A stretch of 62,576 nt of DNA, filler included, from Choristocarpus tenellus KU-1152 (lineage: Eukaryota > Protista > Phaeophyceae), in the NCBI GenBank assembly GCA_964200185.2. It is 10 parts of 10 records of this genome, joined end to end, with 100 filler letters (N's around TTAATTAATTAA, not from the genome) between each part and the next. Parts side by side here need not be neighbours in the genome. Positions count along the whole stretch, not along the records: positions 11,308 to 19,067 come from CAXNAD020005626.1; positions 19,168 to 21,709 come from CAXNAD020026917.1; positions 21,810 to 34,493 come from CAXNAD020001741.1; 7 more parts are not named here. The stretch is one strand, 5' to 3'. Below, one piece after another: positions 13,066-25,521 of the stretch; position 1 is the stretch's first letter, and each line of letters starts with the position of its first letter. The notes under the pieces were generated by a model. The model searched no databases and was not told the origin of the DNA. It saw nothing but the letters and a program-made list of their open reading frames with translations. The position numbers and the translations under genes are program-made.

Positions 13066-13484
13066 GGCAAAGATTGGGAGGGTGTGATGGGGATGGGTAG
13101 TTAAGAGGTCTGCGTGGTATCTAGGGAAGGGAATGAAGTGAAATGAGGACTGAGGGATGGGAGGTGCTGTTTTATGTCGTCTGACCTTTCGATCCTCACA
13201 ACTCAGATTTCACATTTTTAATGAGAATTGCGTTACAAAAATACGAATATCAAACAGCATAGGATTTCATATTGAACTGGGACAGAGGGTGTCTGTATTT
13301 TCGTGACCTTTTCGTTTTGTACGTTTCGAACGTAGTAGATCAATGAGGGATGTGGTTTGTATCTGTATTTGTTGGTGTAAAGATTAGAATATCATTCTAC
13401 TGTTGGAAAACCCTAACGCACGTGTTCTGAGTGATCAACGGTAAAAGTGTTTACCAGTAACCGCGAATAACATAGATCCGCTTT

Positions 13485-13662
13485 GACCCAAAGTATCTGG
13501 GGGGGGGGGGGATTCTACACCAAGGTGTCCATTTGGGGAAAAATCGGGAAAGTGCAAATTCATTATCCATCCGACGTATGCAACCAAATCACGCAAAAAT
13601 CACGATGTGAAAAAATTGACCCCAAATAGACAGCCGCCACCCCCTCCCAGATACTTTGAGCC
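13485..13662. mobile_element. MITE family A (TIR G(G/A)C(T/C)CAAAGTATCTGGGG)
   Basis: Terminal inverted repeats; further copies or fragments at 17780-18107, 20064-20244, 34630-34806, 39540-39630, 47138-47320, 51161-51344, 51907-51932, 54970-55140, 58652-58716. Confidence 0.85.
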
Positions 13663-13782
13663 ACTTTGGACTTGCTTAGGCACCTTAAATCAAATGCACT
13701 ACTGAGATCCAGGACTCCTTAAGACAGTGTTATGGCCGTGTGTTAGCATTATGTCAATTATATCATCACAGTTCATCACCAC

Positions 13783-15092
13783 CTGGTATTCGTAAGAGTA
13801 CTCCAGCTGGCAGTTAGTCTGCCGAACAATGCATATCCCAAATGAGCCCTCTTCCCGGTTGAATGTGAAGCGGAGCTGAGAGAGCCACTCAAAGTCCTGG
13901 GTTGAGGCGCAGCCAGCCTTGATCATACGCTCCATGACATCCCTGAGGATGTTTCAAATCCCAGAAGATTTTTGCAGGGTTAGGTATTAGAAGGGTACCT
14001 CTTGGCCGGTGAGAGCATTGGAATTGCGTCCAAGCTAAATCACAAGCCATCACATTCAGATGCACACATGGAATCAATCTGTGAGAGAGAGGAAATTGCA
14101 TTTTGAAAACTGAAGTTTGCAGGACATCCACCCTGTCACCTGTTGTGGATCTCCATCGTGATGAGGGAGACAAGCTTGTTGCGTTCAATCCTAGTCAGCT
14201 GGCCCCGCACCATGTCAGACATCTTATTAAGATATCCAACCTGAAAATGGATCAAAATATAACACCCGACATACCAATGGGTGAGGAATGTTGTTGGACC
14301 TCACACAACTTTGTCCCAACTATATGAGGAATTATGCGGTTGAGTCTTTCTATCTTGGAGGGCGGCCTACCTTAGCCCCGTTAGAATATATTGGGCTTTT
14401 GGAACCTTCTACCTCACACCCTATTCCTATGCCTGAAATGACCCCCTGAGGACTCTGTGGTTGTAGAAGAGGAGATGAAAATTCGTCCACGCATGAGCAT
14501 GAAATTCCTTTCCAGGGTACTGAAGGCACCTGCGCCAGAAAGCATTCACAGGGGTCCCATGTGCTTAATGACACCTTCCTCTAAGATAGGGTGGCTCGTT
14601 TTTGTGCTAGCCAGCCTATTTCCAATGTGACAGCGCTTTCTGAAGATTTTGGTGAGAAGGGTTTCACACATGGTAACTCTGATGCAGCACTCATGGTTCA
14701 TGCCCAAGATAGCCAAAGCAGCTGGATCATGGCCACATCCATATATTTTTCATTGCTCCTTGAAGGTCCTGCGTTGTCCAAAATATTATAGTTGCACCAT
14801 GCCATTCCTGCCTACGAGTACTGAATATGTGATCTGTAGTGTGATCTATGTTACAGCCCTAGTAGTTATTGAAATTGTGTTCGTGTAACTCATTAAACCT
14901 ACCTCTTTTCTAGAGCGCTATGTGCTTAAGCCATTTCTGGTTCTGCTCTTCCAAAAGCAAAGAAGTCTAATGGAAGCAATAACAATAATATATGTTCCTT
15001 TTCCAGTCTTCGGCAGTTGGTAGGAGGGCCCATTCAATCGCTGATTGGAGATGAGGTAGTGTGGCATGTATGACTCTGCTTTGTATGGGGAT

Positions 15093-15137
<45 letters not shown>

Positions 15138-18100
15138 GGTCGCAACACTGTATTGGCCTGGACAATCTATTTCTTCCTGTCCTATTCATTTTGGAGGTTG
15201 TCCTTGGTTGGAAGGAGGGCAACCACAACCTCCTCGAAAATATTATATGGTAGAGAAGCTTCCAAAGAAACTATCTGCAAGGAATTTCAGCACTCCATGG
15301 TTTCATGAGCCATGTATAAGAACCTGCTCCTGCAGTCAACAGCCATTGTATCCACTGGCAAGCCCTTGTTAGGCAAGTATAATAAAATACATGTCGTTCA
15401 AGCTGCAAAAAAAAAATCCAACACAAAATGTTTTTGGGCGGTTATTCATCTTCCGCAACATCAGAAGGAATGATCAGATGTTATTCTCCATCAAAACAGC
15501 AAACTGGTCTATGAACATCTGACCATCTGATGTTACGGCAGTATCGGACGAATGATCAAATCCAATATCATGTAAGGCCTTGAGGGTGGCTTCCTGCTGT
15601 TCTGTCACACTGCAAGTGTTTTTCACTTTATGCATAAACTTAGTAGGAACCAACCTAGGGTGTGCAATGCACAATACAAGTCAAATGTAGTTTATTTTAT
15701 TTTTCTCAGCAGTCCGTAGCACCACAGGCGACAAGATATATTGAAGTCTTGTTGGAGCAATGTTTGTAACTAGTTGCGTAGAGTCTGCTATTGTAGAATA
15801 GGGGGTGCATTTTGATATACCTGTGAACTTCTCACCTGCTTCTTTTTCAGGGCCTTGAGAGCTGATTTATTTCCTCCTGAGATAGAATTCAGTGCCTTGG
15901 TGCAATCTGTGGTCCACTGAATTGCCCCTGTAGAGATCAGGAGTTGACCTTGATACTCTTTGACCCATTTGTCCTTCTTTCCCCTTACAAAATGAGAGCC
16001 AGGGTGACATAGTAGTGAACACTCTGACTCAAGTGACACTACACCAAATCAAATGTCGGTAGTTGGTTTCTTGCAATAGCAGCACATGCACGTTTTTGGG
16101 TTGTGTTATGTATGCCAAAGAGCATTTTTTGTGCAGGATTTGCCCCATTAATCAAAAGCATGAGCTACTCTGGTAACCGGATGTATAGTACCACAAAGCT
16201 CACGGTACAAGGGGAAACACATATTGAAGTTTTTGATGGAGGAGTCAATGGATAAATCCTTTGCCAAAACCTGCCTAGCCTTTAGTGACCGTAGATTGAA
16301 ATAGTATGAAAGCCTACTGTTTCCAAAGTGCCCTAAAAGTATCTGAGGTTGTTGAAAAGGACTTGGAAACACCTCAAGCCATGGGAAGTGCACATCAAAT
16401 CCATTTAGACAACAATCAAGAGTCAACTGAACCGTCATATCCTCTATTCCAATACACAGGGGCATGAACCAAAGTATCTTAGAGGGTAGATCCGTGTCCA
16501 TTTGGGAGCTGCAGTTCAATGTTGCGATTTTGATGTAGTTTTGGCTATCATGTTTGTTAGGGAGTATCAATATCCATGTTCCGGACACACCTTTTCGTAA
16601 CATACACATTTTACCTACTCCGAAACATTCTGGAGTAGGAACAAGTCTAAAAACATATTATGGATAGCCAAGTCCCATGTGGACAAACAGGGCAAAACTC
16701 GTACCCTCTAAGATACTTTCACTCCAAATGTGTGGATCACAACTAGGTGCAATAGTGACATACAAAAAGCCCATATTACAAGGTGACCAAAGCCACTTCT
16801 GTGAACACCACATTGCCAATGTAGTGGGACTACACAAGATATAGAGCTAGGCCTAATGAGGAAGCTCTCAGGTTGTCTATAAGCGTGTGCTTCAAGGGCG
16901 AGGAGATCATCTATAGAATTGCTGAAAGGTAAGTCCAGGTCAACTTTATTTCTATCAAGCCATGACCCACACCCTTTCATAACAACATTAGAAACATGTA
17001 TTTCTCAGTATTGTATTGCATTCGCTTTTGTTCAAGCACTTCCAAATGAGTTTGAAAACGGAAGGACAATGAGGTTATTGTTCTTTCAAGGTTGAATGAA
17101 AAAACCCCACCTGTACGCCTGAAGGGATGCTGCAAGGAGCTTCTGGAGAGCTGCTTGCATGGCCTCTTCGAGAGCCGCAAGCCACAGCTCAACTGCACCA
17201 TCAATGATTAGATTGGAAACCAGCTCAACAGTTTCCCCGTCTGGAGAGGTGAGACCTGAGGCCTCCCACGTTTTGTTCATCTGCTTGCCTATAGGAAACA
17301 GAGGTTATGATTGCCCGAGGAAGCATATCAGTTGGTAAAATCTGTGCGGATTACGGGTCTCTGGTGGTGTCCAGTACCATCGGGTTTTTTTGTTTAGTAC
17401 ATTGTTTTTTTCTCTCTCTGACACCCAGAACCTCCTTGCTTCATCTGATCCTAGTATAGTTTCCGAACTCTGAAAAGACCAAGAATGAAAGTGGCCGTAG
17501 TGAAAAAGTGCCTCTAATCCGCAATGCTCTGGAAAGCGTCACAAGATGGAGGACTCTAGAGAAGGAAAAATTTGAAAGGCAAGACTCTCCGCGATTCTTC
17601 TTCATAGCTCCAGGATGTAGAAGGGAGGGTTGGGATAGGATTATCCGAATCTGAAGTAGGAACAATGAGAACTGCCTATAGTAATAGTCACGTACATTAT
17701 CACATGGTGATACAAAGCATGCACCAGACGGAATACGTGAGTGTAGAATTTAACATGACAAGAATTTACCTTCCAAACTGGCTCAAAGTATCTGGGGGAG
17801 GGGTGGCGTCTGTCCATTTGTGGCCAATTTTTTCATGTCGCAATTTTTTTGGGGGATTTGGTTGCATATGTGCACTTTTCCTGGTTATGGCCCAAATGAA
17901 CACCCTGGTGTAGACCCCCCCCCCCCCCCCCCCCCCCCCCGAAACCTTTGGGGCCCAATTTGAGGAAGGAAATGTTTTTTTTTTTTGTAACCTTTTTCTA
18001 AATAAAAAAAAAAGGGTTGCCTATGTGCACTTTTCCTGGTTATGGCCCAAATGAACCCCCTGGTGTAGACCCCCCCCCCCCCGTCCCCCCCCCAGATACT

Positions 18101-18857
18101 TTGGGTCACTATTTAGTGCATGAATAGTTTTGTGTTCTATGAACCTGTTCTCAAATAAAAACAAAGGGGTGGGTGGGGATAAACATGGAACACTAGAGAG
18201 ATGCTAAGCTAAAGAAGGAGAGAGGAGCGGTAGACATGGTTTAAACCACAGCCTAATAGGCAGACTAGTACAGAACCGTTCTGCTCGACCGAGTAAGTTA
18301 GAACTTGATGACAGAACTTTCAGTTGAAGGATGGATGATGAAATGTGCTGGTTCATACCTGGGGCAATGAGGTGGATATCTTTGATCCCCTCAAAGCACT
18401 TCTTGAGATGCTTCTGCACTGCCTTTGGATCTCGAGACTGCCCCAGAATTTCCAGCAGATCATCATCCGACACAAAGTAGAAACGAGGAAATATCATTCT
18501 TGGAGTAGGGGACAGGCGACAAGGGGACAAAGGTACAACAGGAATGGAAGGACATAATGACTACAAGGTTGTAAGAAGCTGGATTTGGAGTGCAGGAATC
18601 AAATGGCTTAGCCTAGATGAGAAATATATATATATATATATCCATAGAGTCAGTATTCAGAAGGAGAAGCACAAATTAGACAGACTGTGTTATCACCTCT
18701 TTGTCTCGAGATATTGGTCAAGGCTCTTCTGAATCTGCTCAAGACTCTCGTCCATGTTCACTATTCTCTCCATCATTTTGGGGTCTGAGCAGCATGCTTG
18801 CATGGCATTTGGCTCCTGGAAGATGCTCTCCATTATAGAACTGAATGATCGGTTCAC
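13783..18857 (-). CDS. Axonemal dynein heavy chain, internal exons (linker region up to just before AAA1; DNAH2/1-beta-like)
   Basis: Exons 18857-18697, 18498-18359, 17288-17111, 15983-15836, 14240-14140, 13942-13783 join in phase: [54 protein letters not shown]. Confidence 0.93.
15094..15134. repeat. (TA)n microsatellite
   Basis: Direct reading. Confidence 0.95.
16466..16724. mobile_element. MITE family B (TIR GAGT(C/G)AAAGTATCTTAGAGGGTA)
   Basis: About 250-bp element with TIRs; copies at 21810-21981 (partial), 35708-35980, 37415-37682, 40211-40469, ~44345-44600 (old), 49500-49758, 54285-54527. Confidence 0.85.
17780..18107. mobile_element. MITE family A with internal duplication
   Basis: TIRs flanked by ACT/ACT; internal segment duplicated; poly-C tracts. 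Confidence 0.8.
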
Positions 18858-19167
18858 CTGAACTCCATTTTTCCGATAAAGAAGTGCATTAATTCAGCCA
18901 AAACAGACAAATGAAGTAAGAGTGGAGGACAGCGAATGAGGAAGGACAAGAGATGGGCCAATGGTAGGGGGTGAGAGAGAGGGATTGGGTTCGGGTAGTT
19001 AGGAAAATGGGGATTGTGAGTGAGAGGCTACGTGAAATGTACAAAGGGTCAAGGTATCAGTGGGGGGNNNNNNNNNNNNNNNNNNNNNNNNNNNNNNNNN
19101 NNNNNNNNNNNTTAATTAATTAANNNNNNNNNNNNNNNNNNNNNNNNNNNNNNNNNNNNNNNNNNNN

Positions 19168-19760
19168 GGTCAAACCCATCCTCCATAGTATGCTCCATCC
19201 TCAATTTTGGTGAGAGGCTGTTAATACTGCAAGGGGTGCGCTATTGCCAAGACTCATCGGAAACCAATACCCAAGGTAACAGAGAGTAAGTCTGACCGAC
19301 TGTTGGGATGGGTGTTCATAGATTTGAGCGGACCGAAGCCAAGGACAAGTAGCCTGGGTGGATACCTTTACGAGATGCTGATGGTATGTGACAAGACAGA
19401 AATGAAATGAATTCGATTCCTGCGAGCCAAGAATGAAACTGCAATGGTTTTTCAGGCTTTTATTCGAGATGCGGCAGATGTGAAAAATTTGCGCATTGGG
19501 TGTGTGAGGACTGATGAGGTCACGCAGTTCAAGAATGGGGACTTCGAGGGGGTTTCGGATCAAGACAAGATTCGACATGAGTACACCGTTCCAGGTGCCC
19601 CCCATTTGAATGGGAACGTTGAACGCACAATTGCACTGATAGCGGAGAAGGGGCTTATCATGATGCATGCAGCTAGATTGGGGGATCGGTTGGGTTTGTG
19701 GGCGGAGGCGCACAACATGGCTACCGCACATATTGGGATTTATGGTTTTTGTTCTTAGAT
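19168..19760 (+). mobile_element. Ty1/Copia integrase core fragment
   Basis: VFIDLSGP..VRTD..HEYTVPGAPHLNGNVER..LWAEA; stops upstream. Confidence 0.85.
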
Positions 19761-20063
19761 TCATTCTTCAATGCCATCTCACCAACATAAATCGCCAGGC
19801 AGGTTCGTACGCTAGATGAACATTTTCCACTGTTCTCGTACTGTGTTTTTGTACGGTTATGGGGGTGACCTTGGCGACCTTCAAAATAAAATCAATTGGG
19901 GTAAAATTGGGCGCCTTCCAAAAATGGGAAAAAAGGGAGTTGAAGTTTTCTCCCTCTCTCTCTCTCTCGGAAAAGATACGACATGTTATAGATCATTTCC
20001 ATATTGGGTAATGTTGCATTACTGGGGTCTGCTAGGTATTTAAAATATGCTCCAAACCGATCA

Positions 20064-20244
20064 GACCCAAAACATCTGTGGGGGAGGGGGGGGGTCTACA
20101 CCAGGGTGTCCATTTGGACCAAAATATGGAAATGTACATTTACATTATCCATGTGACGTATGCAACCAAATCACCAAAAAATCATGACATGAAAAAATTG
20201 ACCCGAAATGGACAGCCGCTACCCCCCCCCAGACACTTTGGGCC
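20064..20244. mobile_element. MITE family A
   Basis: TIRs with TCA/TCA flanks. Confidence 0.8.
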
Positions 20245-20329
20245 TCATGTTGGGCTTTGGCTAGAAGTTGAGTATCAATTACTTGGAAAACGTTGATGGA
20301 TAACGAAGAGCTCAGAGTCGTTTCTCACC

Positions 20330-21360
20330 CTAGTAATCGATCCACAGACAATCCATAGGAAGGATATACTTTGCTCGATAATTCGCATTAGTGGTTTCCA
20401 CTCCCATGTTTCGACACAAGGTGGTTAGGGGTGCTGGTTCAGATTAATTTTTACAGAACTCTTCCAGTTGAGGACGTGACAGCATAACTGAGATGTAATG
20501 TAATCTGCCAGGCTTATGGTGGACGGTAAAACCAAAACTTTGCAGAGCTAGGGCCCATCCAGTGAAAGGATTGGGCATGTCTTGCATAGCATGCAGGCAC
20601 TGTATGGCTGAATGGTCACCAATTACTGTGAAATGTTTACCCCAAGCCTATGGTCTCCAATGTTGAATTGCCAAAATAACTACAAGGCACTCTTTTTGTG
20701 TGGCAGAATATTTCCAATGGGAGGGGGAAAGTAAGGCACTGCGGTAGACAATTATATCAAAATTGTCATCTTCATCTTTACTATGGGCCAAAAATACCCC
20801 TGTCCCAACATTACTGGCATCTACTTGTATAAAACATTTCTTTGGAAAATCAGGAAAGTGTAGAGCTGTAAGTCGTTTGCACTTGTCAAAAGCAGTGTTT
20901 GCTGCGGTGGATTCCATCTGGATGAAAGGTCAGTTTTGTTATTTCTTATTTCTTTGGGGTTGCTATGCTCTTTTTTCTAACCCCCCTTTTGTGTATGGTT
21001 AACCAATTCAACTAACAGTTCTGTTACTCCTAGTAAGGTGAGGAATATACTTCCTGACAAAGCTCATAGAACCTAAGAAATTTTGTAAGCCTTTCATAGT
21101 GTAAGGGGGGTGCATTTTAAAAATAGCTTTAATATGAGCTTGTGATATAGCTATTCCTTGTGGATTAACATCATGTCCCAAATAATGGATTTGTTTTGAG
21201 TCGAACTGGGCCTTCAGTGGCTTTAAAGCAACCCAAACAGTTTGTAAGGTTGACAGTACTGTAGCGATTAACTGTTTGTGGCGTGCCTAAGATGGAGAGA
21301 CCAAAACAATATTGTCTAAATATACCAGCAACCCAGAGCTAGGATCGATTGTAAAAATGT
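20330..21360 (-). mobile_element. Degenerate Gypsy RT-RNaseH fragment related to the contig-1 element
   Basis: LLVYLDNIVL, FIQVDASNVG, YSATQKECL; parallels roughly 4080-5100. Confidence 0.85.
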
Positions 21361-21496
21361 TTCAGACATGAATCGTTGGAAGATCCACAGTGCGTTTTGT
21401 TAAAACACTAGTAAACCTCTGAGCTACCGAGCAAACAGTCAGGGGTACTAGTGTTTCAATAAACGCTACTCTCGTGGTATCGAATCTAGCTGAGGT

Positions 21497-21609
21497 CACA
21501 TCCGTCATAAGGCTAAATACGCCGCCGGGATACACATCTGTCAAAAGGCTAAACACGCCGCCAGGATACACATCCGTCAAAAGTCTAAAACGCGCCGCCA
21601 GGATACACA
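21497..21609. repeat. 36-bp tandem repeat, about 3 copies
   Basis: cacatccgtcaaaaggctaaacacgccgccaggata units, head to tail. Confidence 0.85.
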
Positions 21610-22237
21610 ACCTCACCTAGTAAATGCCCCGCCGAAGCTGGTCACTGATTAGAGGGATAGCAACCCTCGGGCGAAACATCAACAAGTCTAACAACTTGCG
21701 ATCCCCGGGNNNNNNNNNNNNNNNNNNNNNNNNNNNNNNNNNNNNNNNNNNNNTTAATTAATTAANNNNNNNNNNNNNNNNNNNNNNNNNNNNNNNNNNN
21801 NNNNNNNNNTTTGTTAGGAAGTGTCAATATCTATGTTTTGGACACACCTTTTCACAACATACACACCTTACCTACTCCTAAACATTTTGGATTAGAAGAA
21901 TGTCATAAAAGAACCAATGGGAAGACAAGCCCCAAATGGACAAACAAGGCAAAACTCGTACCCTCTAAGATACTTTCACTCTGTGCTTCTTTCGTTGAGA
22001 TACTGTGATGTGTACCAAGTCGTATGGGATATTAAATGGATGTGCCAATACCTTTTTGGGGTTGGAAAGCTGAGTGCCCCATACGATCTGAGCAACTTGA
22101 AAATATTTCTGAACTTGTGGTTTCTGCATTGGGAGTACATGAAACCATGCTGCCTCTGTCTTATCTTTATGTCCAAGTCTATTTCAAAGACACCACATAG
22201 CGACTGAAAAATGCTGAAGTTTTCATCCTGCTTCCAG

Positions 22238-22492
22238 GCAACTGATGACAACAACGGTGGGACCTATAGCGATACTGACCATTTGGGCAACGGTATTGGC
22301 GTAGGAGGGAGTGCCTCAACCCCAAATGCTGATAATTTGGTGGCCAACACCTATGGTGGAGCTCCAAACCACCAAGGGGGTTCAAGAGAAGGGGATGATA
22401 GTATTGACATGCAAGATGAGAATAGAGCATTTGAACACATGGAGCTGGAGAGAGTGGCAAGCAAGGATCCTGATTCTGTTGCATTCTTCCAG
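22238..22492 (+). CDS. Probable 3' exon of an unidentified gene
   Basis: Open frame bounded by CAG acceptor and CAG|GT; low-complexity G/D/N-rich peptide; no recognisable domain. Confidence 0.4.
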
Positions 22493-23559
22493 GTGTGATT
22501 AACAGCTGCTGCATGCGATGAAAAGTATCAATTGTATTTCGTTAATGTGCTTCAGAGGGTGGATGGTTAGAGAGGAGGATGCCACCGACCAAATGATGCG
22601 GACATGATATAATCTCGATTTTGACAGATTTAGTCTTTATTGATAAACCTCTTTGTCTTGCAACTTGTTGGCAGAGGACACGCTTTTTTTACTTATCCGT
22701 CTTTTTCCTTGCATAACTTCGACTAAATCCAGGCTCAGAAGACACGGATTGCGACCAGACATCAAAACACTCTCGCACTTAGGCAGGTCCACCGCTCCAA
22801 GCGTAATCGATGAGAGCACATCATGAGTGGGTTCGTGAGAGCTCATGTAGGTCCTGCAGTCGGGAAGGGGATTGGTGTAGTGTAGAGATGTGCCCTGAGA
22901 GTGCACATTTCCAGACCTTTTTAGAATATTTTTTGGTGACCTTACACAAATAAAAGCGCAACAGATAATCAAGTGAGAGGAAGCATGGTTTCGAAGGAGT
23001 AAGCCCCTTGTTGAGGCGTCGCAGTCAACCTCTGCAATAAGAGTCACTAGCACTTATTCGAAGATGGGTTGCCCAAAGTTGTTCGTCAACAATATCGTCT
23101 GCCTGATTTTTGTTGGGTAGGGAGGGGGAGGAACGAGGGGTTTCTTTCCCAGTCGACATGTATCCCTATCGCACTCGGCGTGTACATATTGGTGTTACGT
23201 GTTTCGATTAGTGATAAAGGTTGATAGTTGATCAGTCCATCACATGACCACATGGGGCAATCTAGAATAGGAGACGATATATTTTTGCTCTTTATTATTC
23301 CACTAAGGTTTACGCAAAGGTCACTAGAGTTTTCGACCTCTAGACCTCTAATCAAGTTCAAAGAAAACACAATTACAAATACTCACAGGCACAAAATACT
23401 GACCTAATATAGTACCAATCTTGGTCAGGCTCCCACTAGTCCTTCTCTGCGACGAACAACGGAACAAGCACAATACATAAACATTTCTCACACGACAACA
23501 GCTCAACTTCACGCTCAATAAACATAATCAATCTCGCTGCCTGCCCACATTGAAGTGGC

Positions 23560-23914
23560 AACGAAGGGCCTTCTTGAATTCAACACCATTACAAAAATGA
23601 CCCGGGACGCCTCTTCTGCTTGCTCTTAGCTATCTCCCGTACGTTGCTATGGCATCGCAGTTCTTGCTCTGGCACTTGGCCGAGTAAATTTCAACCATTT
23701 CAGGTTCTTTGTGGGTAATGCAGAATACAGCTTTCTCTCCCTCAAATCCGCACGCGGCGAGCATCCGGCAGCCAGCATACTCGCAGGGAGCAGTCATGCA
23801 GCACGTCATCCCTTCTTGCATGTGAAGTCCGCAGAATTTCCCAACTACACCTTCAAAACGACCGTAAGTCGTGGGTCTCCTCACACCGAGCCGCTTCGGT
23901 TCTTCAAATTCCAT
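23560..23914 (-). pseudogene. EsV-1-7 cysteine-rich repeat protein, degenerate
   Basis: Repeats of C..GC...A.(Y/F)G..G....FC..HK..(G/E)MV.....C, e.g. CEYAGCRMLAACGFEGEKAVFCITHKEPEMVEIYSAKC; in-frame stop at 23630. Confidence 0.75.
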
Positions 23915-24391
23915 GTTTATCCTGTGATAGGCCTCCCTTGTAAAGAGTAGGACGTAGAGAGGTTGTCTAGAACTGGTATATTCAAGCTACTGCCTGAGAT
24001 GTGGAATAACCTTTATTTTTGATGAGATATGCCGAACAAGAAACGTAACGTTCTCGAACTTACTAAATAATATTATTTCAAACTATTCGAGTTGTACTCA
24101 AATTTACAACCTGTTATTTCCAGTTTTGTTCTTCGATTTTTGTAACTTTCTCATCTCAAAACTTGAAAGAATTGGCGACGCCAATTGATATGGTAGAAAC
24201 CCATGTGTTGGATAAGGTACTTGAGAGGGTTCTTGGTAAAGGTCAAGAACCCACAAAGCACAAAGGAGAAACTTTAAACACTGTGTCCTGTCTCGGATTG
24301 GGGAGAGGAATTGAATCAATCAAACAGGAGGGAGGGAGGAGGGGTTGCGAAAAATAGGTACCACGGTCGAGTGGTTAAGATCCTTGCCATT

Positions 24392-25521
24392 ATGGTGAGA
24401 GATGGTGGATTGTTTACAACCGATTTCTGGCGCCGCCAAAGTAGATTCGCTATGTCATTGGGCACCTAGAGTATAATATAGGTCTATGGTTGACTTCGTA
24501 CATTGTATCCACTGTGCCGGTCACCGGCAGCCAGTCTACTTCAAGATTTCGTTGACACTACCGTGATGTGCAACCAGAACACACCATGTGTGAAGCTTCG
24601 TGCAACTTCAGATTGCCACAGTTGTGATACACTACAGCCTAGAGATAGTTAAACGATCTCATCAGATCTCAAGGACGAGCTCCTCAGCTTGTGTTGGGCC
24701 GCTGACAATTATATTGGCATCCCTCAACAATTGAACAGCCACCAAAGCAGATGTGTGTCCTGTTCACGTAGTGATTTCTTCTGCTCCTATATGTCTTACG
24801 CCATTGGCTAAGGATCCTCTCAACCTCGATCCAATGGATCCTCCCTACTCCCCCCACGTCGCCAACCAGCTGTTTTACTCCTTTTTCAAGACTTTGGTGG
24901 GGAAGGAGATTGCTGTTGAGCTTAAGAATGATGTTGCTCTCACGGGCATTCTCCATTCCGTTGACCAATACCTCAACGTGAAGCTGACGGATGTGCATGT
25001 CGTTGAACTAGAGCGATACCCACAACTGGTAGGTTGATATGGGGTGGGGAGGGAGGTGATGAAGATGTCGTTCCATTGTGGTGATGCCTTACCCCCACCT
25101 CAAGACCTCCTTTACCGAGCCCCTTCGGGTGATGCTAATAATTAAAGCTGTCTCCCAAAAAATATGTTCACAAAATCTTGAGACCTTTTTTTAAAAATTT
25201 CAATGCTGTTTTGTCGATGTGGTTAACATTGCCATCTTAACAGACACACCTTCTGCCTCAATAGCTGATAGCAATCCCCAAGCAATTTGCATATGTGTAT
25301 TGAAATGATCTACAATACATCCGTACCCTCATCTACCTAACAAAACAACCTCCTCCCCTGCCTCCATCGCCCGTCACATGCATTACTGAATCACCCAGGG
25401 GGCAATAAAAAACTGTTTCATCCGTGGATCAGTTGTTCGTTACATTCAGATACCATCTGCTGATGTAGATACAGAGTTGTTGCAGGATGCATGTCGGAAG
25501 GAAAGTGCACAAGGAAAATGA
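24392..25521 (+). CDS. LSM2: U6 snRNA-associated Sm-like protein LSm2 (complete, 94 aa)
   Basis: Exons 24392-24394 (ATG|GTGAGA), 24870-25028, 25399-25521: MLFYSFFKTLVGKEIAVELKND..SVDQYLN..KNCFIRGSVVRY..LLQDA. Confidence 0.95.

Noticed and set aside
14591-14791. Copia-RT-like phrase DFGEKGFTHGNSDAAL
   Set aside because: Single weak motif with no supporting flanking motifs
21497-21609. 36-bp repeats as a CRISPR array
   Set aside because: Head-to-tail units with no unique spacers, no cas genes, eukaryotic context
24392-24394. ATG-only first coding exon of LSM2 as a novelty
   Set aside because: An intron right after the start codon is a known arrangement for LSM2
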